From an uncultured Spirochaetota bacterium (GTDB lineage: Bacteria > Spirochaetota > Spirochaetia > SZUA-6 > CAVTHK01): a stretch of DNA of 64,000 bases. The stretch spans positions 401,318 to 465,317 of the forward strand of contig CAVTHK010000003.1 in the NCBI GenBank assembly GCA_963734495.1, written 5' to 3'. Each line of letters starts with the position of its first letter. Within the stretch, counting starts at the first letter, position 1. This document shows positions 8,143 to 18,571 of the stretch, one piece after another. Below the pieces are notes generated by a model that worked only from the letters and a program-made list of their open reading frames with translations, was not told the origin of the DNA and ran no database searches. The position numbers and the translations under genes were made by a program.

Positions 8143-9075
8143 GTGAGTGTTGAAGGGATGGAAGCGCATCATCTGTCAATCGCTGTCGCATTCGTTGCCT
8201 ACTCCCTCATGGATCTCGGCAAGGCAGTCCAGAAGCAAGGGCTCGCGACCGCGGGCAAGAGTCGGAGGAGGGGATTCCTCATCTGGGCAGCCGGCACCGT
8301 TTCCACCACTGTGTCCTCGTTCCTGCTCCTGTACGCGGTGAGCCTGGCAAGCATCGTGGTCGTCGGTGCCATGGCCGGCACCGGGCTCGCGTCGTTGACG
8401 CTGTTCTCGGCGCTGGTGCTGAAAGAAAAGGTGGGGCCAAGAGAGCTTGTCGGCGTAGCGGCGATCCTGGCCGGGCCGTTCTTGCTTGCAAGTGTGCCCC
8501 CAGGGGCAGCGGCTACAAGGCCCGTGGTCGAGCACCTGTTCCTTATGATGGCAGGGGTCGTTGGCGGTTACGGCCTGCTGGTGCTCGTTCTGACAACACG
8601 CGGGCGGCGAACAGGTGCCGTTGTCGCCAGTGCCGCCGGCTCTTTGGGGGGATTCACCCTGATATTCCAGAAGGTCTCCACATCGGAGCTGGGAAGGGCG
8701 AGCTCATTCGTTGCAGGACGAGACCTTTCTGCTGCAAATGATGGGTTGGCCAGCCGGATCCTGGTCGTGCTGGCCAATCCATACACTCTCCTGTGGATTG
8801 CCCTGTCGATACTTGCCACCTTGGTCCTCCAGCTGTCCTATCGCCACGAAGCAGCCATTCGTATGGTTCCGGCCTTCGGCGTGCACTACATCCTGATTCC
8901 GGTCGTTGGCGGCCTGTTGTTCTTCCGCGAACCTTCCCATCCCCTGCAGTGGCTGGGTATCGGACTCATCCTGCTCGGAGCCGTTGTCCTGCTCTCTTCC
9001 ACTGCCCGGGATCCAAAGCCACCGCGCGATACCTCAGACGACGGACCGTCGAAGGCCGCGGCCGCAGCCAGGTGA
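8143..9075 (+). CDS. DMT-superfamily (NIPA/EamA-like) multi-pass membrane protein
   Basis: About 9 hydrophobic segments. 'GKAVQKQG' and 'LVLKEKVGPRELVGV' resemble NIPA/DMT repeats. The start may be ATG 8158. Confidence 0.7.
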   Translation: MSVEGMEAHHLSIAVAFVAYSLMDLGKAVQKQGLATAGKSRRRGFLIWAAGTVSTTVSSFLLLYAVSLASIVVVGAMAGTGLASLTLFSALVLKEKVGPRELVGVAAILAGPFLLASVPPGAAATRPVVEHLFLMMAGVVGGYGLLVLVLTTRGRRTGAVVASAAGSLGGFTLIFQKVSTSELGRASSFVAGRDLSAANDGLASRILVVLANPYTLLWIALSILATLVLQLSYRHEAAIRMVPAFGVHYILIPVVGGLLFFREPSHPLQWLGIGLILLGAVVLLSSTARDPKPPRDTSDDGPSKAAAAAR

Positions 9076-9178
9076 TTCGGCTCGCCGTTTGCTTCGTCGG
9101 GGGTCGGGTGTCGAATACCTCGTGCTGCAGAAGCAGTATATTCAATCCATGCTGCCCATACGGGCAACGGAGGCCATC

Positions 9179-10054
9179 ATGTATTGGATCTATGGACTTG
9201 CCGTCCTTGTTGTCGTGCTTTTCCTTATCGGAATCAGGATCGTGCGGCCCACCAGCAGGGGCCTGGTGGAGCGACTTGGGAAATACAGGCGTTTCGCGTC
9301 ACCCGGTTTCAACTGGATCATCCCTATCGTGGACCGGATGTTCCGGGTCAACATCACCGAGGTCATGGTGAACGCGGAACCGCAGGAGATCATCACCAAC
9401 GACAAGCTCAACGCGAGTGTCGACGCACAGGTGTACTTCAAGGTCAAGAACGACGAAGAAAGCGTGAAGAACTCGCAGTACAGCGTGTTCGACTACAAGT
9501 ACCAGATCGTCAACCTCGCGCGAACGACGCTGCGCAATATCATCGGCACCATGACGCTCAAGTCCGCGAACAGCGAACGCGGCAAGATCAACAGCGAGCT
9601 GCAGAAGACGATGCGCGACGAAACGTCGCACTGGGGAATCGAGATCGTCAGAACAGAGTTGAAGGAGATCGATCCTCCCAAGGATGTCCAGGAGACGATG
9701 AACAAGGTCGTGAAGGCCGAAAACGAGAAGGTGGCTGCAGTGGACTTCGCGACTGCCACCGAAACCATGGCGGACGGCGCGCGAAGGGCAGAGATCAAGA
9801 AGGCCGAGGGGGTCAGGCAGGCCAAGATACTCGAAGCCGAGGGCGAGGCGCAGGCCATCAAGCTCGTCAATGAGGCGGCGGACAGGTACTTCGTCGGCAA
9901 CGCCCAATTGATGAGGAGACTGGAAACCGTGGAGAAATCCCTCGCGAACAACGCCAAGATCGTGATTCCAGCGGATTCCGAGCTCGTGAATGTGATCGGG
10001 GAGTTGGCCGGCGTGCTGCCGCTGGCACAGAGAGCTGCCAAGGGGACAACGTAG
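9179..10054 (+). CDS. SPFH/band-7 (stomatin/QmcA-like) membrane protein
   Basis: N-terminal TM, 'GLVERLGKY...PGFNWIIP', 'QEIITNDK', 'TTLRNIIG' and 'WGIEIVRTELKEIDPP'. GGAGG SD precedes ATG 9179. Confidence 0.93.
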   Translation: MYWIYGLAVLVVVLFLIGIRIVRPTSRGLVERLGKYRRFASPGFNWIIPIVDRMFRVNITEVMVNAEPQEIITNDKLNASVDAQVYFKVKNDEESVKNSQYSVFDYKYQIVNLARTTLRNIIGTMTLKSANSERGKINSELQKTMRDETSHWGIEIVRTELKEIDPPKDVQETMNKVVKAENEKVAAVDFATATETMADGARRAEIKKAEGVRQAKILEAEGEAQAIKLVNEAADRYFVGNAQLMRRLETVEKSLANNAKIVIPADSELVNVIGELAGVLPLAQRAAKGTT

Positions 10055-10088
10055 CGCGCATCGTCGCGGTCCTCTGCTTCCGGCACGA

Positions 10089-12635
10089 TCACCGCTGCCA
10101 GAGGATGTGAGCGGCCTCCAGCGGCACCGCGACGCCGTGGTGGTGCGGTATCACTCGTGCCGTGTAGTCCGTCGCCGGGCGTGTCGCAGGCACGGTCGCG
10201 TAGTAGATGTACCCGTCGGCAGAATCTCCACGTTGCCGGTGGCGTCTCATCTCCTGGCGCGCCCGGCTGTGGCCGCCGAGCTCGTCGGCGTAGAGCTCGA
10301 CGCGCACCGCATCAGGGTCGAGATCACCGAGATAGACCCGCACTTCGAATGTGTGGTCCTGAGCGTCAGTCCTGACTTTTGCGTCGCCGAATCTCAGCGT
10401 AGCCCATTTCCGCTCCAGAGTGTGCCGCCAATCGACCACCCGCCTGGCCGCTGCGCCCTTATCGGCGGCGCGCTCACGGTAGGCTGCGGCAGCGGGGAGG
10501 TAGTGCTGCTCTGTGTATTCGCGCACCGTGCGGTCGGCGCAAAAGCGCGGCGTCAGCCGTGCCATGCTCTCACGCACGCGCCTCACCCAGGCGGCAGGAA
10601 TGCCCCTCTTGTCGCGGGCATAGAACTCGGGGATCACCTCGTTCTCGAGGAGCCGGTAGAGCTCTTCGGCTTCCGCGGCATCCCAGGCGGGATCATCGCC
10701 ATGCTCCTGTCCGTCACCCAACGCCCACCCCACCTCAGGCGAGTAGGCTTCCGCCCACCAGCCATCCAGCTCCGACAGATTGATGCCGCCGTTGACGAGC
10801 ACCTTCATGCCGCTCGTTCCGCTGGCCTCCCAGGGCCTCCGCGGCGTGTTGATCCAGACATCCACTCCTTGCACGAGGTGCTCGGTCAGAAGCATGTCGT
10901 AGTCACTGAGGAAGATCGCATGGGGACGCGTCTCGGGCCGCCGGATGAAGCGCGTCCATTCCTGGATCAAGGCCTGCCCCGCCTGGTCCGCCGGATGGGC
11001 TTTGCCGGCAATGATGAGCTGTACCGGGCGCTGAGGATCGGTCAGCAGGCGAAGCAGCCTCTGCGGATCGTGCAGCAGCAGGTTTGGCCGCTTGTATGTG
11101 GCGAAGCGGCGCGCAAAGCCCAACGTCAACGCGTTGGGATCGAACAGGCGCTTCGCCTCTTCTACCGATTCCCCGGTCGCACCGGACATGGTCAATTGAC
11201 GGGCCAGGCGTTCGCGCGCGTACTCAACGAGGGACGTCCGGGCGGTCGTCCGCATCCGCCACAGCCTGGCGTCAGAGACGCTGCGGATGTCTCGCTCCAG
11301 GGTTGTTTTCGTTCCCAGCCAGCGATCCTTTCCACAAGCCTCCATCCAGAGATCGTCGGCCGCAGCCGAATCCCAGCTCGGCATGTGGACTCCGTTGGTG
11401 ATGTGTCCGACCGGCACTTCGTCTTGCGGCCAGTTCGGAAAGAGGGGCTGCAGGATGCGGCGGCTCACCTTTGCGTGCAGGCGACTCACGCCGTTGACCG
11501 CCCCGCTCCCGCGGATCGCCAGATAGGCCATGTTGAAGCTTTCCGTCGGGTCGTTCGGGTCCCGGCGGCCAAGAGCCAGGAGATCCCGGAGTGTGATGCC
11601 GAGCTTTTTCTCGGCATAACCACCGAGGTATTGCTCGATGAGTGCTGGAGCGAACCGGTCGAAGCCTGCGGCCACCGCCGTGTGGGTGGTGAACAGGTTG
11701 CCCACCCGCGTGACGGCCAGCGCGACTTCAAAGGGCTGGCCGGTCGCCTGCATGAAGTCGCGGGCGCGCTCCAGCACGGCGAAAGCCGCGTGTCCCTCGT
11801 TCAGGTGACAGACCTCGGGTTGGATGCCCAGCGCCGAAAGCAGCCGCCATCCGCCGATCCCCAGTACGATCTCCTGCGTAAGCCGGAGCTCCGAGGTGCC
11901 GCCATATAGCTCACTGGTGATTCCCCGATGAACGGGCAAGCTCGCCGTGTCGTTACTGTCCAGGAGGTAGAGCCTTGCCCTCCCGACCTGAACCTGCCAG
12001 ACGCGCAGCCAGACCGAGTAGCCCGGCAACGGGATCTCCAACCGCAACCACTCTCCGTTCGGGCGGCGCAGGGGCGCGATCGGCAACTGGCCCGGATCGT
12101 TGTACGGGAAAAGACACTGTTGTGCACCTTCCTGGTCGATCCACTGGCGAAAATAGCCTTGCTGGTAGAGCAGACCCACGCCGATCACCGGCACGCCCAG
12201 ATCGCTGCAGGCCTTCAACTGATCGCCGGCCACGTTGCCGAGTCCTCCCGAGTAGATGGGGAGAGCTTCGCTCAGCATGAACTCCATGCTGAAATAGGCG
12301 ACGCAGGTCAGGGCTGATTGCGGGCAGGTTCGCTGAAACCACGCCGGTGCCTCGGCAGCCTGCCGCTTTTCCTGCAGCAGATCGTCGACGCTCTTTCGGA
12401 AACCGGGCTCGGCTGACACGCGCTCGATCTGGTCCCGGGAAACCGTCTGCAGAACGCCCCAGGGGTTATGCGTGAGCTCCCAGAGATCGGGATCCAGACG
12501 CCGCCAGACTTCGTCCGCCGCGTGATTCCACGACCAGCGCATGTCCAGGGCCAGCTCGGCCAGCGAGTCGAATCCCTCGACCTCCGCAGGCAGGAGACCG
12601 TATATCGGGTGGCTGACACGCCCGCGCTTGCTCAT
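10089..12635 (-). CDS. glgP: Alpha-glucan (glycogen/starch) phosphorylase
   Basis: 'YFSMEF...YSGGLGNVAGD', 'HLNEGHAAF', 'GFARRFATYKRP' and the PLP motif 'EASGTSGMK'. AAGGAG SD precedes ATG 12635. Confidence 0.96.
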   Translation of the reverse strand: MSKRGRVSHPIYGLLPAEVEGFDSLAELALDMRWSWNHAADEVWRRLDPDLWELTHNPWGVLQTVSRDQIERVSAEPGFRKSVDDLLQEKRQAAEAPAWFQRTCPQSALTCVAYFSMEFMLSEALPIYSGGLGNVAGDQLKACSDLGVPVIGVGLLYQQGYFRQWIDQEGAQQCLFPYNDPGQLPIAPLRRPNGEWLRLEIPLPGYSVWLRVWQVQVGRARLYLLDSNDTASLPVHRGITSELYGGTSELRLTQEIVLGIGGWRLLSALGIQPEVCHLNEGHAAFAVLERARDFMQATGQPFEVALAVTRVGNLFTTHTAVAAGFDRFAPALIEQYLGGYAEKKLGITLRDLLALGRRDPNDPTESFNMAYLAIRGSGAVNGVSRLHAKVSRRILQPLFPNWPQDEVPVGHITNGVHMPSWDSAAADDLWMEACGKDRWLGTKTTLERDIRSVSDARLWRMRTTARTSLVEYARERLARQLTMSGATGESVEEAKRLFDPNALTLGFARRFATYKRPNLLLHDPQRLLRLLTDPQRPVQLIIAGKAHPADQAGQALIQEWTRFIRRPETRPHAIFLSDYDMLLTEHLVQGVDVWINTPRRPWEASGTSGMKVLVNGGINLSELDGWWAEAYSPEVGWALGDGQEHGDDPAWDAAEAEELYRLLENEVIPEFYARDKRGIPAAWVRRVRESMARLTPRFCADRTVREYTEQHYLPAAAAYRERAADKGAAARRVVDWRHTLERKWATLRFGDAKVRTDAQDHTFEVRVYLGDLDPDAVRVELYADELGGHSRARQEMRRHRQRGDSADGYIYYATVPATRPATDYTARVIPHHHGVAVPLEAAHILWQR

Positions 12636-12943
12636 GGCCGCTCCTTGAAATGCCCGCAACGCTCGCCAGGCATCCTGGCCTGCCCTGACGAACAGTATAG
12701 CGAGCGATCGCCACCGTGGTCACCTCGAGTACCGAGCGGGACTTCCGGACGTGAGACGGCGTGCTGCCTCTCTGTTAACACTATCAGGGTGACTCCTTGC
12801 ACTCCTTACTGCCCTTGCTGGATACTGGAAGAGGTCGGGAGCCGTCCAGACGGTCGGGCGTACGGACTGAGACCAATCCTCAAAAGGCCCCGGCGTTGAC
12901 GCCTTGATGGCGGCGGTTCATGTTGCGGGCGGCGGAGGGACCG

Positions 12944-13426
12944 ATGGAAACAAGAGTTGGCGTGTGGATTGACCACAGAAAGGCCGTTGTCGTCGCCGTT
13001 ACGGATCAGGGCGAAACGACAACACTGAGACTGGTGGTGTCTAAAGTCGAAAAGCAGCCCGGACGTTCCGCGGGTGTCCGTTCCACGAGTCGCTATGAGT
13101 CACTGCAGGTGCCGGCGGATGATCGGCGTCAGAGGAGGTTCACGGGACAACTCAACCTCTACTATGATGCCGTAATCGCATGCGTTCGCGGTGCGCAGGC
13201 CATCCTGCTTTTTGGTCCCGGCGAGGCCAAAGGCGAACTGAAGACACGTCTCGAGAGGGACAAGTTGGGTGCGCACATCGTCGGAATCGAAACAATCGAC
13301 AGGATGACCGATCGCCAGATCGCAGCGAAGGTTCAACAGCACTTTGGACCACACGGTGGCGCGCAGGCGCAACGGACGAGGAAGCGTGCCGGGGACCAGC
13401 AGCCGCCGCGCCGGCGGGTGGGGTGA
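12944..13426 (+). CDS. baeRF/eRF1-domain-2 (host-attachment-like) protein
   Basis: 'VGVWIDHRKAVVV', 'ILLFGPGEAKGEL' and 'ETIDRMTDRQIAAKV'. GGAGG SD precedes ATG 12944. Confidence 0.7.
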   Translation: METRVGVWIDHRKAVVVAVTDQGETTTLRLVVSKVEKQPGRSAGVRSTSRYESLQVPADDRRQRRFTGQLNLYYDAVIACVRGAQAILLFGPGEAKGELKTRLERDKLGAHIVGIETIDRMTDRQIAAKVQQHFGPHGGAQAQRTRKRAGDQQPPRRRVG

Positions 13427-13511
13427 GAAGGCCGACGTCGTCCCCCGATTCGACGCCGGTCGGGCGGCGCAGAGGCGCGCCTCGAGAGTCGCGCATGAGG
13501 AGGCAGCAGGA

Positions 13512-13748
13512 ATGGAATTCTCCGAGAAGGTCTTGAGAGAAGCGTTCAGTCGATCCGGCGGACGATGCGAGTGCAGGCGTGCATCGCACCGCCATGGAGA
13601 TCAGCGATGCCCCAAGAACCTATCCTGGGCGCTGCACGGCAAGGACCCTGAAGGTTGGGCAGCGCACCACATCTCAGCCGAAGCCTCCGACACGGCCAGC
13701 AACTGCGAAATTCTGTGTTTTTCCTGCCTCAGGGCCACGTCCGATTGA
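13512..13748 (+). CDS. Small HNH-endonuclease-like zinc-binding protein, 78 aa
   Basis: 'AFSRSGGRCEC', 'WAAHHI', 'SNCEILCFSC'. CAGG/GAGG SD precedes ATG 13512. Confidence 0.65.
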   Translation: MEFSEKVLREAFSRSGGRCECRRASHRHGDQRCPKNLSWALHGKDPEGWAAHHISAEASDTASNCEILCFSCLRATSD

Positions 13749-13937
13749 TGCGCGGCTCCATTCATCGACGCCGCGCGGGGTGAGCCGCTCGCCTCGCTAC
13801 TACTTCTTCTTCATTCAGGACAGCCCGACTATCATCGCCAGGCCTTTCGGCAAGCGGGGCGGCCGGGTCGGCGGGCCGGGCGACACCCGATGACGCTCGA
13901 GGCTTGACTTCGCGCCGGGGGCTGGCGACCTTTGCGC

Positions 13938-14312
13938 ATGGCTCGAAAGCTCAACCCGCTCACCCGCGAAGAGGAGCGGGTCATCGTTCACAAGGGCACC
14001 GAAAGGCCGTTCACGGGCGAGTATGTCTCCTCCAAGGGGAAGGGCACCTACGTGTGCCGCAGGTGCGAAGCGCCCCTCTACCGCTCCGAGGACAAGTTCG
14101 ATTCGCACTGCGGCTGGCCGAGCTTCGACGACGAGATCGCCGGCGCCGTCAAGCGTACCGTCGACGCGGACGGGGAGCGGACCGAGATCACCTGCGCGAG
14201 CTGCGGGGGTCATCTGGGTCACGTGTTCCTGGGCGAGGGCCTCACCGCAAAGAACACCCGGCACTGCGTGAACTCGCTGTCGATGAAGTTCGTGCCCGAC
14301 GCGAAGGCGTGA
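13938..14312 (+). CDS. msrB: Peptide-methionine (R)-S-oxide reductase MsrB
   Basis: '[11 protein letters not shown]', CxxC pairs, 'GWPSF', 'HLGHVF' and 'RHCVNS'. Confidence 0.96.
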   Translation: MARKLNPLTREEERVIVHKGTERPFTGEYVSSKGKGTYVCRRCEAPLYRSEDKFDSHCGWPSFDDEIAGAVKRTVDADGERTEITCASCGGHLGHVFLGEGLTAKNTRHCVNSLSMKFVPDAKA

Positions 14313-14385
14313 GCCGCCGCGCCTCCGGCGCGCGCGCTTCACCTTGCCCCGCCTCCGTGCTACCGTCCGGGCGGTGGAGGCTGCG

Positions 14386-15141
14386 ATGTTCGACGTGACA
14401 GGAAAGATCGCCCTGGTGACCGGCTCGAGCCGCGGGCTGGGCCTCGTCCTCGCCCGCGGGCTGGCCCGCGCCGGCGCGCGCGTCGTCCTGAACGCGCGCG
14501 ACCGCGAGCGCCTGGAAGGGGCGCGGCGCGCTCTGGAGGCAGAGGGCTTCGCGGCCGCCGCGAGCGTCTTCGACATCACCGACGAGGCCGCCGTGAGCAG
14601 GGCGGTGAGCGCCGTCGAGGAGGACGTCGGCCCCATCGACATCCTGGTGAACAACGCCGGCATCCAGCACCGCGCGCCGCTCGAGGAGTTCCCCGAGGAG
14701 CAGTGGCGGAAGATCCTGGACGTCAACCTGACCGGTGCGTTCATCGTGAGCAAGCACGTGGCCCGGCGCATGATCGCGAGGCGCCGCGGCAAGATCGTCA
14801 ACATCTGCTCGCTCCAGAGCGAGCTCGGGCGGAAGACCATTGCGCCCTACGCGGCCTCCAAGGGCGGGCTCAAGATGCTGACGCGGGGCATGGCGGTGGA
14901 CTGGGCGCAGCACAACATCCAGGTCAACGCGATCGGTCCCGGCTACTTCATCACGGAGATGACGAAGCCGCTGGCCGAGAACCCCGAGTTCGACAAGTGG
15001 TACCGCGCGCGAACGCCTTCGGGCCGCTGGGGGGATCCCGAAGAGCTCCTGGGCGCGCTGCTGCTGTTCTGCTCGCCGGCGTCGGATTTCATCAACGGAC
15101 AGCTTCTGTTCGTCGACGGGGGCCTCAGCGCCGCGATCTGA
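14386..15141 (+). CDS. idnO: SDR oxidoreductase, gluconate 5-dehydrogenase (IdnO/KduD-like)
   Basis: TGSSRGLG, NNAGIQHR, YAASKGG, 'NAIGPGYF' and 'RTPSGRWG'. GGAGG SD precedes ATG 14386. Confidence 0.85.
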   Translation: MFDVTGKIALVTGSSRGLGLVLARGLARAGARVVLNARDRERLEGARRALEAEGFAAAASVFDITDEAAVSRAVSAVEEDVGPIDILVNNAGIQHRAPLEEFPEEQWRKILDVNLTGAFIVSKHVARRMIARRRGKIVNICSLQSELGRKTIAPYAASKGGLKMLTRGMAVDWAQHNIQVNAIGPGYFITEMTKPLAENPEFDKWYRARTPSGRWGDPEELLGALLLFCSPASDFINGQLLFVDGGLSAAI

Positions 15142-17783
15142 GCCGGACCGGCTCCTCCGCTCCTCGCGTGATCAGCTTCCGGACCTCCATCCAGAAAGTG
15201 CCGGCGACCGGCGCCGCGAGCGCCAGGGCCCATTGGGTGCCGCTCAAGCCCGCGGTCCTGAGCACGGCGTGCAGCGGGGGCGCGAGCACCGCGAGCAGCG
15301 CGAACAGCCGACGCGGCGGCGCCCCAGGCCAGCAGCATCCGGTTGGAAAAGACCCCTATGCGCGCGAGCGGCGTGCGGACCGAGCGCATGTTGCAGGCGA
15401 GCAGCACGTGGCCCACGAGCCAGCTCACGAAAGCGACCGTGTGCGCCTGCGGCCGGAGTGCCGCCGCCGTACCACGTGGCGAGGTACGCGGCCGTGACGG
15501 CGGCAAACAGCCCGGCCGCCGAGGCGAAGATGCTCGAGACCATCCGGCCGTCCATGAAAGGGCGCCTCGGGTCGCGCGGCGGCCGTTTCATCACGTCGCC
15601 CTCGCCCGGCTCGGACACGAACGTCGCCGAGGCGGCCAGGTCCATGAACAGCTCCATCACGATGATCTGGATCGGGGCGAACGGGACCGGGACTCTCAGC
15701 AGGATCGGCACGAGCGTCGCCGACACGAGCGCCACCTTGCAGGCGAGGTAGTAGCGGATCGCCTTGGAGAGGTTCTCGAAGAGGACGCGGCCTTCCGAGA
15801 CCGCGTTCGCGATGGTCGCGAAGTTGTCGTCGGCGAGCACCATGTCGGCGGCCTCGCGCGCGACGTCGCTCCCCGATTCGCCCATCGCGACGCCGATGTC
15901 CGCGGCCGCGAGCGCGGGGGCGTCGTTGACGCCGTCCCCGGTCACGGCGACCCGCTCGCCCCGCGCGTGCAGGGCGTCGACGATGCGCAGCTTGTGCTCG
16001 GCTGTGGCGCGCGCGTAGATGGAGACCTCGGCCGACAACGCGACCAGCTCGCCGTCGCTCACCTTGTCCAGCTCGGCGCCCGAAAGCACCCGTCCTTCGC
16101 CGTCGAGCCCGCACTCGCGCGCCACCGCCCGGGCGGTCGCGGGATGGTCGCCCGTGATCATCAGGGTGCGGATGCCCGCGGTCCTGCAGCTTTCGATGGC
16201 GCCCTTGACTTCCTCGCGGGGCGGATCCGCGAAGCCGATGAGGCCCGCGAAAGAGAGGTCCGCCTCCGCCGCCTCCGCGGAGGCGGAGCGCGCGGGCGCT
16301 TCCGGGCCGGCAAGCCTTCGCGAAGCGAGAGCGATGACACGCAGCCCGCGCGAGCCCATCCGCGCCGCCTCCGCGAGAAAGCGCCGCCTTGTCGTCGGGC
16401 GAGAGAGGGATCTCGCCGGCAGCGTCGACCTTCAATTTTGACTTCTCCAGGATGGCCTCGGGCGCGCCTTTCGCGGCGATCAGGACGCCGTCGGGCGCCG
16501 CTCGCACCACGGACATGCGCTTGCGGCCGGCATCAAAGGAGTGCTCGCGGAGCAGGGGACGGGAGGCGTGCAGCGCCCCGGCATCGATGCCGCCGGCGCG
16601 GGCCCGGGCAAGGACCGCCGCCGCCATCGGGTCGGAAGACGGCCTGTTCCCCTCGCCGGCGATCCCCATGGTGAGCACGGCGAGCTCCAGGAGTCGCGTC
16701 GCGTCCGCGCCCGGAGAAAGCGCCCCGACAGCCATCCGGTTCTCGGTGAGGGTCCCGGTCTTGTCGGTCGCGATCACGGTCACGGCGCCGAGCGACTCGA
16801 CCGCGGAAAGACGCTTGACGATCGCGCGCTTCTTCGAGAGACGCCAGCCTCCCAGCGCGAGGACCATGGTGATGATGATGGGGAGCTCCTCGGGGATGGT
16901 GGCGAACGCCATGGACAGTCCCGTGAGGAGCATGTCCTTCGGAGGCTCGCCGCCGACCACGATGCCCAGGAGGGGTATCAGCACGCTCAGCCCGAGCGCG
17001 AGCGCCACCATCGACCGGCTCAGCTCCGCCATCGCCTTCTGCAGAGGGGTGCGCGGCTCCCTCACGCGCTGCGCCAGCTCCGCCACGCGGCCCAGCTCCG
17101 TCGACATCCCGGTGCTCACGATCGCGGCGGTCCCGCCTCCCCGCAGCACGAGGCTTCCGGAGAACACCATGTTGCGCCGCTCCGCCAGGGGCGTGTCCGC
17201 ATCCAGGACGGCGGCGGCCATCCTTGTCGACGGGCATCGATTCGCCGGTGAGCGATGATTCGTCGACCGCCAGACCGCGGGCCGCGAGGAGCCGGGCGTC
17301 CGCCGGGACGCGGCGGCCCGCCTCGAGGGCGACCACGTCGCCCCGAACGAGCCGCTCCACCGGCAGCTCCCGCCACTCGCCGCCGCGAAGGACGGGCGCG
17401 CTCGGCTCCGAGAGCTTGCGCAGCGAGCGGATCGCCTGTTTGGCCCGCTGCTCGTTCCAGACCTCCACGGTGTTGAGCAGAAGGATGACCGCGAAGATGA
17501 CGATGGCGTCGCTCAGCTCGCCCCAGACCGCGTACAGGACCCCCGTTGCCAGGAGCAGCAGGATGAGGGGCTCCTTGAGCTCCTCGAGGAATTCCTTCCA
17601 GAACGGCTCGTGCTTCTCGATCCGCAGGGTGTTCGCGCCCTCGGTCTCCAGGCGCGCCGCGGCCGCCTCCTCGGCGAGGCCGCGCTCCGCGTCCGTCGCG
17701 ACGCGGCCGATCGCATCAGCGGCCGAAAGCGCGTGCCAGCACGCGCCGGCGTCGCGGTCGCGGGACGTCCGTTCCGGTTTCAC
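15125..17783 (-). CDS. Cation-transporting P-type ATPase (type II, Ca2+-like), interrupted by about 4 frameshifts (~17218, ~16378, ~15453, ~15315)
   Basis: Pieces lie in successive frames: 'DESSLTGES', 'IPEELP', DKTGTLT, 'KGAPE', 'DPPR', 'MITGD' and 'TGDGVNDAPAL'. The inferred stop TGA is at 15127-15125. Confidence 0.9.
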
Positions 17784-18571
17784 GGCGCGGCCCCTCTTTC
17801 ACGGATCAGGCGCAACACGTGATCGACGACGGGCCGGTCGGCGGACGAGATCGCCGGTCCCAGCAGCGTCGCCGTCTCTTCGTACAGGCTCAACCCCGCC
17901 TCGACCTGCCGCGCGAGCGGCGCACACGCACCGGCGGCTCCCGCATCGCCCGTGTCCATGGCGAACGCTTGCCGCGCAAGCGTCGACCAGCGCGAGTCGC
18001 GCCCCAGGGCCTCGATCACATCGAGGACGCAGGTGTTGTCGCCGCGGACGAGGATGCCGCGCTGCACCCGCATCGCCTTGCAGAGGAGCCACGAAAGCCC
18101 GAAGGCGGAGTTGAGCAGCCGCCCCGGGTCCCCAGACCGCAGGCCCTGCAGCCCCTTCAGGACCTCCTCGGCCAGCCCCGCGAGCATCCGCGACGCGTAC
18201 GAATCGGCCGCCCGCTGCAGGCGATCGTCCCAGGCGAACGCCAGCGCGCGGGCGCGAACGCTCTCGAAGTCGCCCCACGGGTCCCACAGCGACACCGCGG
18301 TCCGGACGCCCGCGATGCACTCGGTCGCCTTTGCCGGCGCGGTGAACCACTGCTCGACGTTGTCCGCTCCGACTTCGCTCACGACCAGCAGGCGCCCGTC
18401 GTGCACCTCGAGGGCAGGCTCGCGGGGGACTCGATCGACGAAGCAGACGAGGTCAATGTCGCTGCAGGGCGTGGCATCGCCGCGCGCGTAGCTTCCCATC
18501 AGCGCGATCGCCCGCACGCCGTCGCGGCCGGAGAAGCGCAGCACCAGCGGCGCGGTATCCATCCGCATCAT
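17780..18571 (-). CDS. Nucleotidyltransferase-domain protein (KNTase/ANT(4')-like two-domain layout)
   Basis: Pol-beta NTase motif 'GSYARGD...SDIDL' plus a helical C-terminal domain. It overlaps both neighbours by 4 nt. Confidence 0.8.
   Translation of the reverse strand: MMRMDTAPLVLRFSGRDGVRAIALMGSYARGDATPCSDIDLVCFVDRVPREPALEVHDGRLLVVSEVGADNVEQWFTAPAKATECIAGVRTAVSLWDPWGDFESVRARALAFAWDDRLQRAADSYASRMLAGLAEEVLKGLQGLRSGDPGRLLNSAFGLSWLLCKAMRVQRGILVRGDNTCVLDVIEALGRDSRWSTLARQAFAMDTGDAGAAGACAPLARQVEAGLSLYEETATLLGPAISSADRPVVDHVLRLIRERGAAP

Noticed and set aside
13749-13930. tRNA, att site or small gene at the compositional junction
   Set aside because: No cloverleaf, CCA end or flanking direct repeat found, and ORF 13579..13893 has no convincing features.
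15125-17783. P-type ATPase as a true pseudogene
   Set aside because: All catalytic motifs are intact, there are no premature in-frame stops, and the same indel pattern occurs in unrelated genes, so sequencing error is more parsimonious.
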